Of a stretch of DNA of 64,000 nucleotides, positions 18,426-27,145 are shown one piece after another. Position 1 is the stretch's first letter. Every line of letters starts with the position of its first letter. The DNA lies in IMG/VR virus record IMGVR_UViG_3300035180_001778, positions 186,001 to 250,000 of that record; one strand, given 5' to 3'. The position numbers and the translations under genes were made by a program. The notes below the pieces were generated by a model. That model made no database searches and was not told the DNA's origin. It saw only the letters and a list, made by a program, of their open reading frames with translations.

Positions 18426-20462
18426 CTACCGGCCTCCTCGCGACCGAGTCCCCATGCCGCTGCCCCTCGGCACGACCCTCTGAGAGAACCCTCCATGGTT
18501 GCGGGCTCGGGCCATCTGGTAGCGAGCGAGAGACATCCCCATCCCCGTCTGACCTCGGCTGTCCGAAGGCCCAAGAGCAAGCCGGGTATTCGTCATGCGC
18601 TGAGCAGACAGCCACACAGCTCGAACGAAGGCGTCCGCCATGTCGTCGTGCTGGCCAACCGTCTCGGAAGCCGAGACGATGACCAGGTTCCGAGAGACCT
18701 GTTCAGCCTGGAGGCCCAGCAACTCTTGAATGAAAGGAGAGTGCCGGTTCCCGACCTTCGCCTTGGGCCAGTCATAGAGACGGAGCTTCCGATCGAACAT
18801 CATGAGCTTCGTGTTCTGGTAAATCTGGCTCGACAAGTCGCGCTTGAAGTGCTCCGACTTGAACTGCTTGAGGCCCTTCTTGTTGAGGGCTTGCTCCAGC
18901 GGGATACCGTTCCAACGGTCGAAGATACCAGCGGTGATGAAGAACCTCTTGGTCAGGTTCTCGATCCAGTTCCCGATCTCCTCGAAGTCCAGACGCTCGA
19001 CGTCCTTCAGGCCGCGGGCATAGGCCATCGAAGGGGACCCCCCAAGATGGTCATTCGTCTCACGCCAGTCCACGCCAGCATACCACGACTCGTGATAGTC
19101 CAGAACGATCTCGTTGTTCTCGACGTGAGTGATGAAAATCGACGTCCCGTCCCCCATGAGCCCGATGTCGATCCCCATCTGGTGAGGTTCGCGAGGACGG
19201 CCCGACTCCTTGGGCCGTAGGTTGGCGTCGATGCAGTCCAGGAGATCCACCTCCCGCTCGATCCAACCACGGACGCGGTCAGAGAACTGCGCCCCGTGCT
19301 CGGTCATGAAGACCAGAGGATCGGCGTGGTACTTCTGCCGGTAGTAGTCGGCGGGGATCGTGGGATTGATCTCCCAGGTGGGAGCCTGAATCGCCAAGAT
19401 GTTCTCGGAGCTGGGACCCCCGCTCATTGCTTGGTGGTACAGCTCGTAGAACTTCCCCTGCTTGTTGAGGGGCGACGAAATGGCGATGATCCGAGACTCG
19501 ACGGGGCCAATCGGCTTCGTCGTATCGTTGGGGTCCTTTGGAGAGAAGGCGGCGGTCGAGGGAGTGACGGCGTCGTAGATGTCCTTCGCGCTCGACTGCC
19601 CCGTGTCCTTGAAGTGGGCCATCTCGTCCATGATGACGACGGCGTTACCCGCTCCACGAAGACCCTTCGCGATACAGGACTTGAAGGTGACCCTCATGGT
19701 CGCCTTGCCGTTGAACGAGGTGAACTTGCCGTTCTCGTGCCGGCTCGTCTGCCCGTACTTCTCGATGTCGTGTGGGGTCCTGAACTGAATGTGGCTCAGG
19801 GTGTTGTTGGCGATGTAGGGCTTGAAGTACTCGCAACGGCTCAAGTGGGAGGTCACCTCGTTGAAGAGGAGACCTGCCTGGTCCTTGTCCGTCGCGATGC
19901 TGACGATCTGAATCCGGTTACCGCCGGGGAGCCCGTAGTATCCCTGGGGGTGATGAAGGTTCAGAAGCCGGTAGACTTCGTAGCTCGCGAAGATGCCCGA
20001 CAGCGTCGTCTTGCCCCCACGACGGCCGATGGCCAGAAGCAGCTCGCGACGCATGTGATCCTGAACGCCGATGTTACAGCGGCCGTCTTCGTACAGGAAC
20101 TTGAGGTACTCCACTTCCGTGAGAAAGTGCGTTTGCACCGTGTTGAACATGTCCGTGACCTTGATGGTCTTGACCTTGCTCTCCAACGGAAGATGGTAGT
20201 AGAGCTTGACGATGAACTTCTGGACGGGATAGAGAGTGATCCCCAACCCCCAGGGCTGTTCGATGTAGTCGAGGATGCTGAAGATACGAGCCAGGGCGGG
20301 CCGTACTTGAGCCGGGGGCTCTCCCTCGACGACCTCGATTTGGGAGAGGGCCTCCTTTTCGAGGTTCTCGACAACCGTTGTCTTTGCGTGCTGTCCGGCT
20401 GTCCGGACGAGCGCTGCAAGGCTCGTCCCGGCGTTCTCAGCTTTGGTTTTGGGGGAGGCCAT
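18426..20462 (-). CDS. terL: Terminase large subunit
   Basis: Walker A GRRGGKT, Walker B VIMDE, motif III ISSP, nuclease motifs GIDIG and HDDMADA. Confidence 0.92.
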   Translation of the reverse strand: MASPKTKAENAGTSLAALVRTAGQHAKTTVVENLEKEALSQIEVVEGEPPAQVRPALARIFSILDYIEQPWGLGITLYPVQKFIVKLYYHLPLESKVKTIKVTDMFNTVQTHFLTEVEYLKFLYEDGRCNIGVQDHMRRELLLAIGRRGGKTTLSGIFASYEVYRLLNLHHPQGYYGLPGGNRIQIVSIATDKDQAGLLFNEVTSHLSRCEYFKPYIANNTLSHIQFRTPHDIEKYGQTSRHENGKFTSFNGKATMRVTFKSCIAKGLRGAGNAVVIMDEMAHFKDTGQSSAKDIYDAVTPSTAAFSPKDPNDTTKPIGPVESRIIAISSPLNKQGKFYELYHQAMSGGPSSENILAIQAPTWEINPTIPADYYRQKYHADPLVFMTEHGAQFSDRVRGWIEREVDLLDCIDANLRPKESGRPREPHQMGIDIGLMGDGTSIFITHVENNEIVLDYHESWYAGVDWRETNDHLGGSPSMAYARGLKDVERLDFEEIGNWIENLTKRFFITAGIFDRWNGIPLEQALNKKGLKQFKSEHFKRDLSSQIYQNTKLMMFDRKLRLYDWPKAKVGNRHSPFIQELLGLQAEQVSRNLVIVSASETVGQHDDMADAFVRAVWLSAQRMTNTRLALGPSDSRGQTGMGMSLARYQMARARNHGGFSQRVVPRGSGMGTRSRGGR

Positions 20463-20465
20463 GGG

Positions 20466-21155
20466 TCACCGTGCCACGCTTGAAGCGCGGTCCTCCCAAC
20501 CATCCATCTTCGTTGCGAAGCGGTTGAAGAAGAGATCGATCTGCTCCGGCGAGAGGATCTCCTCAGCGATCTCCTGTAGAGTCGAAACCCACAGTTGGAA
20601 GACCTTCTGGAACCGCTCCCCGCGGAAGTCGACGACGTCCCCGCCGAGCTTCTTCATCTCCAGCTCGATGTTGGCGATCTTCGTGAGAGCTTCGATCCGG
20701 CGGCTGGAGACTTGTGCCGTGTCCTTGCCGTACTTCTCGGTCTCACTCCGCTGGAAGGCCAGTGCAGCCTGCTCCTTCGCGATCTCGGAGCGAATGACAC
20801 GGAGCATGACCATCGCCTCGCCATGCCCACTGGCGGCAATGACGACGGGGTCCGTGGCGATGTACTTCCGCTTCTCCTCGCTCATCTCGGCGTGGTATTC
20901 GAGGTCCGAGATGTCCGGCTTCCGATTAACGGTGCGCGGACGACCTCGGCTCCTCTTGACCTTGATGATGCCGTCCTTGTCGGCGAGCGAGTGCAGAGGG
21001 AGCTTCCGCACGTTGTCCGGTAGGACCTCGGCTTCTTCTTCCTCCGCATCATCCGGCTCGACCGGATCCGCCCCCGGATCCGTCTCGTCATAGGCCTCAT
21101 CAACGGCGTCTTCGAGCGTCGCGTCCTTGATGGTTTCGTCGGTTGCAGTTGCCAT
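20466..21155 (-). CDS. Probable terminase small subunit
   Basis: Directly upstream of terL; AT-hook-like RGRPR; helical. Confidence 0.5.
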   Translation of the reverse strand: MATATDETIKDATLEDAVDEAYDETDPGADPVEPDDAEEEEAEVLPDNVRKLPLHSLADKDGIIKVKRSRGRPRTVNRKPDISDLEYHAEMSEEKRKYIATDPVVIAASGHGEAMVMLRVIRSEIAKEQAALAFQRSETEKYGKDTAQVSSRRIEALTKIANIELEMKKLGGDVVDFRGERFQKVFQLWVSTLQEIAEEILSPEQIDLFFNRFATKMDGWEDRASSVAR

Positions 21156-21156
21156 T

Positions 21157-21558
21157 TTACTTCAGGTTCTTCCCGGCTGGAGGGGTGTCCCCGCCGCCTT
21201 CGGTCCGAATGAGGTACTGAGAGAGGTTCTTGACGGTGTCCCAACCCTTGTCCTTGTGGACCTGAGTACGAAGCACCTTGTCCTGGTCTTCGCCGGTCTC
21301 AGCGAAGTTGAGGACGCTCATGCTGCGAGGCGAAGGAGAAAAGACATCCGAAGGCCGGATGTCCCGTCGATCCGGCTCCACAGCATCATCGTGGCTGTCA
21401 TCCGTCCTCGCGTTGTCCTTTTGAATCTTCTCGTCAATCCCCCGTGTACGGTTGATGGGGGTCGCAAGCTCGCGATCCCGCTTCCGTTGCCCGGCGGGTT
21501 GATCCGCCTGAGCAAGGAAGCGAGCCACGACCCGCCTGACAAGAGCAGGGCCAATCAC
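21157..21558 (-). CDS. Small virion protein (RVVARF motif)
   Basis: Starts MIGPALVRRVVARFLAQA. Confidence 0.6.
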   Translation of the reverse strand: MIGPALVRRVVARFLAQADQPAGQRKRDRELATPINRTRGIDEKIQKDNARTDDSHDDAVEPDRRDIRPSDVFSPSPRSMSVLNFAETGEDQDKVLRTQVHKDKGWDTVKNLSQYLIRTEGGGDTPPAGKNLK

Positions 21559-23810
21559 AACCTGAACCCCTGGTTGGCCGTCCCCAGCTCGACATCGACG
21601 TCAGCCGCCGTCGTGACAGGGTTGAGGTCGATGTCCATCGCGCTGTGCTGCATCTCGTACTCGACCATCATCGACTGACCGTTGTTCATGATCTGGCTGA
21701 ACGGGATCTCGGTCGCCGCTCCCGAAGCCATAATCTCCCGCTGTTGAGCGAGCTTGTCGTAGTAGGGCGGCTCCTCAACCAGAGGCTTGTTGAGCTTCGA
21801 GCAGAAGCCCGAACGAGTCTGAAGAACACACGACCCACAGCGTGAGCCGGTCTTCACATACTCGACCAGGCGAGCCCGATGCAGCCGGGAGGCCTCATCG
21901 CACCCCTTGCCGTAATCGTCGTAGATGCTCGGGTCGACGAAGTAGATCCCCTGGAGACCCTGCTCCGCAATGACCGGCCTCAAGTCCTCCGCTGATGCCG
22001 CCAAGTCCCGCGAATCGAACCGCCCCTTGAGGGCCATGAGAAGGTCCTTCCCGTAGAGGCCCTCATTCATGAAGCGGGAGGCCACCTTCACGATGTCGCG
22101 ACGGACCAGCGCGCTGGTCCGTACCGCCTGAGACCGGCTGTGGAAGGCCTTGACAATCTCCATTCGAGTAGGTGTCGAGGTGGCCCCGCTCTTCAGAGAA
22201 GCCGACCGATGCATCTTCTGGAGAGCCTCCCGAGGAGAAGCACCCCATTCCGAAGCCGGGGGCCCCCACGGCTGAATACGCCCCGATGCCTTGTGCTCCT
22301 GGAGCTGGCGCTCTGCCGTATCCCAGGTGAGGACCGCTTCCGCGGACGCCACCAAGGGCTTCCCGTACAGGAGGCACCGACCGATCTTGTTGTAGATACA
22401 GCCACCACACTTGGAGCCGGCGACCATCACCTTGATGCCAGGGTTGTGCTTCGCGAGGAAGTCATGCCCAGTTCGGCAATCGTCGAAGCTCTCCTGTGTG
22501 GCGTAGAGCACCCCAAAGACACCCGCCTCACGGAAGATGGGACCCCAGTGGTCCTTGGTTGCCTGGAGGTCCGTCGATTGGAAGGACTGCTTCAAGATGC
22601 TCGCCACATCTTCCGCAGTTCGACCCTTGAGCATCTCCCTCCGAAGCAGCTCCACAACCGGCCGGGCTCGATCCGTGGACAGCATCATCTTGGTGGCCGC
22701 CTCCCTCTTCTTCGTGAGGTTGGCGACGGAGATGAGCTGTGCTTCCGCTTCGGTCCTGTCGATGAGCTGAGGTTTCGCCTGCTCTCCCATCCCCTGGTAG
22801 ACACGAGGAGCCAGCTCGACATCTGCGAGATCGGCCATGCGCTCCGCCATCTTGAGGAGGAAGCTCTCATCTTGAGAGTGAGCGATTGCGAAGAAGGTGT
22901 CTTGGGCTTGCGCGACCGTGAGCCCGCCCTTGGTAAAGGCCTTTGCCGCCGTCTCCCGAGCCGTTGCCCGGATGTAGGTGAGGTCCACCGGAAGCTGGAG
23001 CTGAGGCGTCTCTTCGATCGGACGAAGAAGACGGCCCGTTGCCTCTACAGGCTTCTGCTGAGGAGCCGGGCCTTCGAGACGGACGTTCGGAGCCAGCATG
23101 GCAAGACGCACACGTTCACGAGGAACGGAAGCCAAGTGCTGAATATCCTTCCCCTTTGCTCGCTGCATCTGCTCGACTTCCGCCGCGAGAGCATCCGAGT
23201 ACGGGACCTCGATCTGGATCTCCTTGTGGAAGACAGAGCAGGTCTGCGAAGCTCCCACAGGGCTCTTCTGGGAATGAATGCAGCCCGAGCACGCAGGCTT
23301 CGCAAGGACGAACTGAGCATCCCCTGCGAATTTGCGGACGAACTCGATGGGCTTCTTGGAGCCGCGATGGCAACCAGGGAAGTCCTCGGCAGAGATGTAG
23401 AGCTTGCCCAGAAGACCCCGCTCGGCGAGGACTCCAGCAATGACCGCACGATTCGCTCGAAGCGTGTTCTGGTCAAAGCGTCCCACAAGGGCCGCACGGA
23501 ACTTCTGGGTGTCGCTCGACTGCATCAGCGCGAGCCGAGCAACCTTCACGACATCCTCCGGCCCCGCCCGCAAGTTCCCTTGCGCGCTGAGATCGCCAAC
23601 CGTTCGAGGAGCATCCCCACGATTGGGGACGAAGCTCGTCGGATTCGACCCGTCATGCCCCCAGAGAGCCTCCAGGTCAGGAGACACGTCGAGGTTCTGC
23701 TTGGGGAGGTTGTCGAGATCCCGGTAGTCCGACTCATTGACGTTGAGCCAGTCGAGATTTGCGAGAGAACCATCCTTCAGAAATGAACCGAGATCGCCAA
23801 GATCACCCAC
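21555..23810 (-). CDS. Virion-module protein with three Cys-rich repeats
   Basis: Three GxxGxxY/F...C...CxxC...CxxxxKx(I/L) units. Confidence 0.7.
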   Translation of the reverse strand: MGDLGDLGSFLKDGSLANLDWLNVNESDYRDLDNLPKQNLDVSPDLEALWGHDGSNPTSFVPNRGDAPRTVGDLSAQGNLRAGPEDVVKVARLALMQSSDTQKFRAALVGRFDQNTLRANRAVIAGVLAERGLLGKLYISAEDFPGCHRGSKKPIEFVRKFAGDAQFVLAKPACSGCIHSQKSPVGASQTCSVFHKEIQIEVPYSDALAAEVEQMQRAKGKDIQHLASVPRERVRLAMLAPNVRLEGPAPQQKPVEATGRLLRPIEETPQLQLPVDLTYIRATARETAAKAFTKGGLTVAQAQDTFFAIAHSQDESFLLKMAERMADLADVELAPRVYQGMGEQAKPQLIDRTEAEAQLISVANLTKKREAATKMMLSTDRARPVVELLRREMLKGRTAEDVASILKQSFQSTDLQATKDHWGPIFREAGVFGVLYATQESFDDCRTGHDFLAKHNPGIKVMVAGSKCGGCIYNKIGRCLLYGKPLVASAEAVLTWDTAERQLQEHKASGRIQPWGPPASEWGASPREALQKMHRSASLKSGATSTPTRMEIVKAFHSRSQAVRTSALVRRDIVKVASRFMNEGLYGKDLLMALKGRFDSRDLAASAEDLRPVIAEQGLQGIYFVDPSIYDDYGKGCDEASRLHRARLVEYVKTGSRCGSCVLQTRSGFCSKLNKPLVEEPPYYDKLAQQREIMASGAATEIPFSQIMNNGQSMMVEYEMQHSAMDIDLNPVTTAADVDVELGTANQGFRL

Positions 23811-25002
23811 GGGGAACCCTCCTCATCATCGAATCGTCGAGCCTCTGATAAGGGTCGCGAATGTACGTTTCGTGTACCGGAGAATCCCAGTTGGGATGGG
23901 GGTTGCTGGGGTCTTGCCCACGAAGACTGGTGTTGGGGAGGTCGATGTCCTCCGTCGGAGGACCGCCATCCGCAGACGGAAGCTCGGACTCCGACACGGG
24001 CCCTGTAGCAACCCCATTGCCCTTCGGTCCCCGGTAGTAATCGGACCGATCGACTGCATCCTCCCCATCATTCGGGAGTTCCGAACCCCCTGACAGGTGC
24101 GGCAAAGTCGAAGCCGACCCGCCGGGTTGCCCCCTTTGGGCAATACCGTCACCGTGTGCTCCGAACCCCAAACCGTAGTCATTCGCATCGGTCGGAGTGA
24201 GGTCCATACCCGAGTCAGGCATCCCCGATTCGGCCACAGGGCCGCCCGTGTAGTCGTAGGAGTAGCGTGAAGACGCCTGCTTTTTGCTCGGAGGCTTGGG
24301 GCCTCCTCTATGCAAAGTCTCCTGGTCACCGCCGGCAGGAACCGCAGAGGCAGGTTCCTGCTTGTCGAAACGATCATCCCCTCCGGGCTTCCAGGAGACA
24401 TCCTTGCCTTCTCCGGGAGGCTTGCCCCCACCTTCCCCGTGCTCGACAGCCGCCATGTCCTCTTCAGCTTCCTCTTCGGGATTCTGGAGATTGTCTTCGG
24501 CGTCGGTGAGCAGGCGCTTCAGGTCGTCCGCCTCATCCTTCTCCAGCTCGGCAAGCCGGGGCTTCCAGTGGGGAGCGTTGATCTCGTCGTGAATCGTGTC
24601 GCAGATGGCCGACAGAGCTTCGGACGCCTCGTAGAGACGCTGCCGAATGTCCTTGACCCCCATGACATAGCCTCGGCCCCCCAACATCCCATCCGGGGAC
24701 ACCGTTGCAGACTTCACCCGGGCGAACTGACGGTGTGCCGTCAAGGTGTGGCCAAGGGAGATCGACAAGGCCCAGAGGGTCTGCGCAAGAGGCTTGAGCG
24801 AATGGGGGTCGAACTTGAAGTTCGCCGGGATGGTCCGCTTCGCATTGTCCGCGAAAGGAGAGGGCGCCATCCCGCCAGGCGGGGCTCCCGGAGGGGCCCC
24901 GGATGTGTCAGGAGGCAATACAGGACCCGCCGCGAGCCTCATACGCTCGGTCTTTGCGAGAGCCGCCAACGTCTTCTTGTACGCCACCATGGATCCTCTC
25001 AC
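23803..25002 (-). CDS. Hypothetical virion protein with disordered C-terminal half
   Basis: 399-aa coupled ORF; RLAA and KQAS motifs. Confidence 0.6.
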   Translation of the reverse strand: MRGSMVAYKKTLAALAKTERMRLAAGPVLPPDTSGAPPGAPPGGMAPSPFADNAKRTIPANFKFDPHSLKPLAQTLWALSISLGHTLTAHRQFARVKSATVSPDGMLGGRGYVMGVKDIRQRLYEASEALSAICDTIHDEINAPHWKPRLAELEKDEADDLKRLLTDAEDNLQNPEEEAEEDMAAVEHGEGGGKPPGEGKDVSWKPGGDDRFDKQEPASAVPAGGDQETLHRGGPKPPSKKQASSRYSYDYTGGPVAESGMPDSGMDLTPTDANDYGLGFGAHGDGIAQRGQPGGSASTLPHLSGGSELPNDGEDAVDRSDYYRGPKGNGVATGPVSESELPSADGGPPTEDIDLPNTSLRGQDPSNPHPNWDSPVHETYIRDPYQRLDDSMMRRVPRG

Positions 25003-25265
25003 CCCTTCACAGGCTCGACATCATCGAACAAGCGCTCGATGTAGAAAGAACCGTTCGATTCCTTGCGGATCGCCCAGAGGTCGTTGTCGCTCTTTCGGAC
25101 CAGAGTGTCCTCCGAAACCCTTTGAAACCCCTTGAGGTCCTGAAGGGAAGCCACCCGGCGCCGGGTGGTCTTGAGGGGCTTCACGATCTGCGGTTCTCGA
25201 TCGAACAGAGAGTCGAAGCCAGATGCCCCGGAGATCTGAATTTGGCTGAGATCAAAATTGGCCAT
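24999..25265 (-). CDS. Hypothetical protein
   Basis: GAGGA Shine-Dalgarno; RVAS motif. Confidence 0.6.
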   Translation of the reverse strand: MANFDLSQIQISGASGFDSLFDREPQIVKPLKTTRRRVASLQDLKGFQRVSEDTLVRKSDNDLWAIRKESNGSFYIERLFDDVEPVKG

Positions 25266-25271
25266 AGATCC

Positions 25272-26174
25272 TCACGAAATGACAAGAGTCACAACGACGT
25301 CTTGAGTGTAGTTCTGGCTGTACCCACTCACACGTAGGGTCTCTGTATAGGTCCCCGAACACAAGGTATCCGGAGGCTGAACCATGACCGTTGTTGTTTG
25401 AGAGGCCCCAGCGGCAAGAGTGTTGTAAGGAGGGTTGAAGGATACCAACCAATCGGTACAACCACAGAGCTTCTGGATCTGGTAATCGAGAAGAGACCCC
25501 GTAGGACCTGTGTTGGTGATCTGGAAGGTTTGGGTAGGAACCCCAGGGAACGGTCCGCTGATCGGCTTCGTCACAGCGAAGTTGAGAACAGTGGGGTTGA
25601 GGCTGATGATGGCCAACGGTCGAACCACAATCGCGATCGAGACTGTCTGCGGATTGTTCACCGCCGAGGGGTCTTGAATCAGGATCGTGGCTGCATACGG
25701 GCTGTTCGCAGACACGAGGGTCGTCGAGTCCACCGCAACACTCGACACGCCGGCAGAACCCGAGGCCAAACCCCCCACTCGTTGAGGGTCCATTGTGACC
25801 CAAGGAGCGGAGGTTGTGAGCACCGTGCCGAGGAGGGACCCGAAGACCCCGTTGTTGGTGATCTGAAGGTCTTGGGGGAGACTGAAGCCTCGACCCTCAT
25901 CAACCACAAAAGTCAGACTCGACAACCCCAACAGAATCGACGGAGCGAACTGTTGCTGGAGCAGCGTAATCGAGTTGCCCATCTCCTGAACGACAGCGCC
26001 AGGAAGCGGGATGGAGTCTCGAAGCAGCCCATAGGGGGTGGTGATGTCACGGATCTGGTAGGCAGGGGTTGCCTGCGAAAGATCGACGCGAGTTGTCCAC
26101 CGCCACAGACCGGAGGGGGTCTGGACTTTGAACTGGTATTCTTGGGTCTGAAGATTGGACGCAGAGATAGGCAA
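25272..26174 (-). CDS. Ig-like/BACON-type domain protein (two repeats)
   Basis: Two beta-sandwich-like repeats (LTF...QITN...WV and LNF...QITN...WL...GTYT). Confidence 0.6.
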   Translation of the reverse strand: MPISASNLQTQEYQFKVQTPSGLWRWTTRVDLSQATPAYQIRDITTPYGLLRDSIPLPGAVVQEMGNSITLLQQQFAPSILLGLSSLTFVVDEGRGFSLPQDLQITNNGVFGSLLGTVLTTSAPWVTMDPQRVGGLASGSAGVSSVAVDSTTLVSANSPYAATILIQDPSAVNNPQTVSIAIVVRPLAIISLNPTVLNFAVTKPISGPFPGVPTQTFQITNTGPTGSLLDYQIQKLCGCTDWLVSFNPPYNTLAAGASQTTTVMVQPPDTLCSGTYTETLRVSGYSQNYTQDVVVTLVIS

Positions 26175-26423
26175 GGCTCGGCCTCATCTCTGCGTAAACG
26201 ATAAAAGAAAACACTGATGTTTGCTGGAAAACAGCCGTGTTTCGAGATTTGCTGCCTCAGTGAGGCAAGGTGCCGCGACAAGAGCACCCTTCAGACGAAG
26301 CGAAATACGAAAATGCCAGGCTACCCCGAGACCTCGGGACCTGGCATAGGGTCTGCTTTGAGAAGGGCATGGATCGTGGAGGCGATGTTCCGATGCGTAC
26401 CTTCCGCCCTCTCGGGGGGCTAC

Positions 26424-27134
26424 CTACCCGTCGAGAGCATCGCCTCCACGATCCGCCCACTGAGGGAGCTTCACTTCACGGAGGATGTTGAACTTCTTGT
26501 TCGAGATGGCAGCGAAGACCTTGTGGTAGCGAAGGAAGCGACCATCCTTCCCCGAAGCCTCTCCAAGAAGCTTCACCGCCTTGAAGAACCGATGCCGGAC
26601 TCGACCTTGGGTCAAGCCAAGTCGCATCGCCACTTCGCTCTGACAGGTCGTCGACCACATCCCCACCAGAATGTCCACATCGATAGCCTTGAACGCAGGC
26701 TTGAGATGGCCATCTTGAATGAGGGGAAGGTCCCGCCGAAGCTCGGTCTCAGTGACTTGGGGGATTGACAGGAGGAACTTGATCCTCTGAAGACCTCGAT
26801 CAAGACGATAGGAGATGGCAGCTTGGGTGACGTCGAAGATCTCGGCGATATCCGCCTGACGCTTCTTTTGAATGTAGTAGAGGTAGATGAGATCGGCTTC
26901 CCTTTTGGGGATGCGATCTAGGAGCGGAGCCAGACGATCTTCGTAGTCCCCCGAGTAGAGGAACTCTGCGATGGGGTCGTCATCGTCCTCTTCTTGAATG
27001 AGGCCCGCGGCCGTATCCTCAAGAACCTGGAGACGATCGAGAAGGAGATCCTCCTCCTCGTTCCCTCGACCAGAAGGAAAGCGGTTGGCCAAAGTAGCCG
27101 GGTCTACCGAAATCACGTATCCAGTCGACATCAT
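26424..27134 (-). CDS. Sigma70 region-4-like transcription factor with two tandem HTH domains
   Basis: LDRIPKREADLIYLYY...QADIAEIFDVTQAAISYRLDRG plus a second QSEVAMRLGLTQGRVRHRF. Confidence 0.75.
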   Translation of the reverse strand: MMSTGYVISVDPATLANRFPSGRGNEEEDLLLDRLQVLEDTAAGLIQEEDDDDPIAEFLYSGDYEDRLAPLLDRIPKREADLIYLYYIQKKRQADIAEIFDVTQAAISYRLDRGLQRIKFLLSIPQVTETELRRDLPLIQDGHLKPAFKAIDVDILVGMWSTTCQSEVAMRLGLTQGRVRHRFFKAVKLLGEASGKDGRFLRYHKVFAAISNKKFNILREVKLPQWADRGGDALDG

Positions 27135-27145
27135 TTTCCTTCCGC

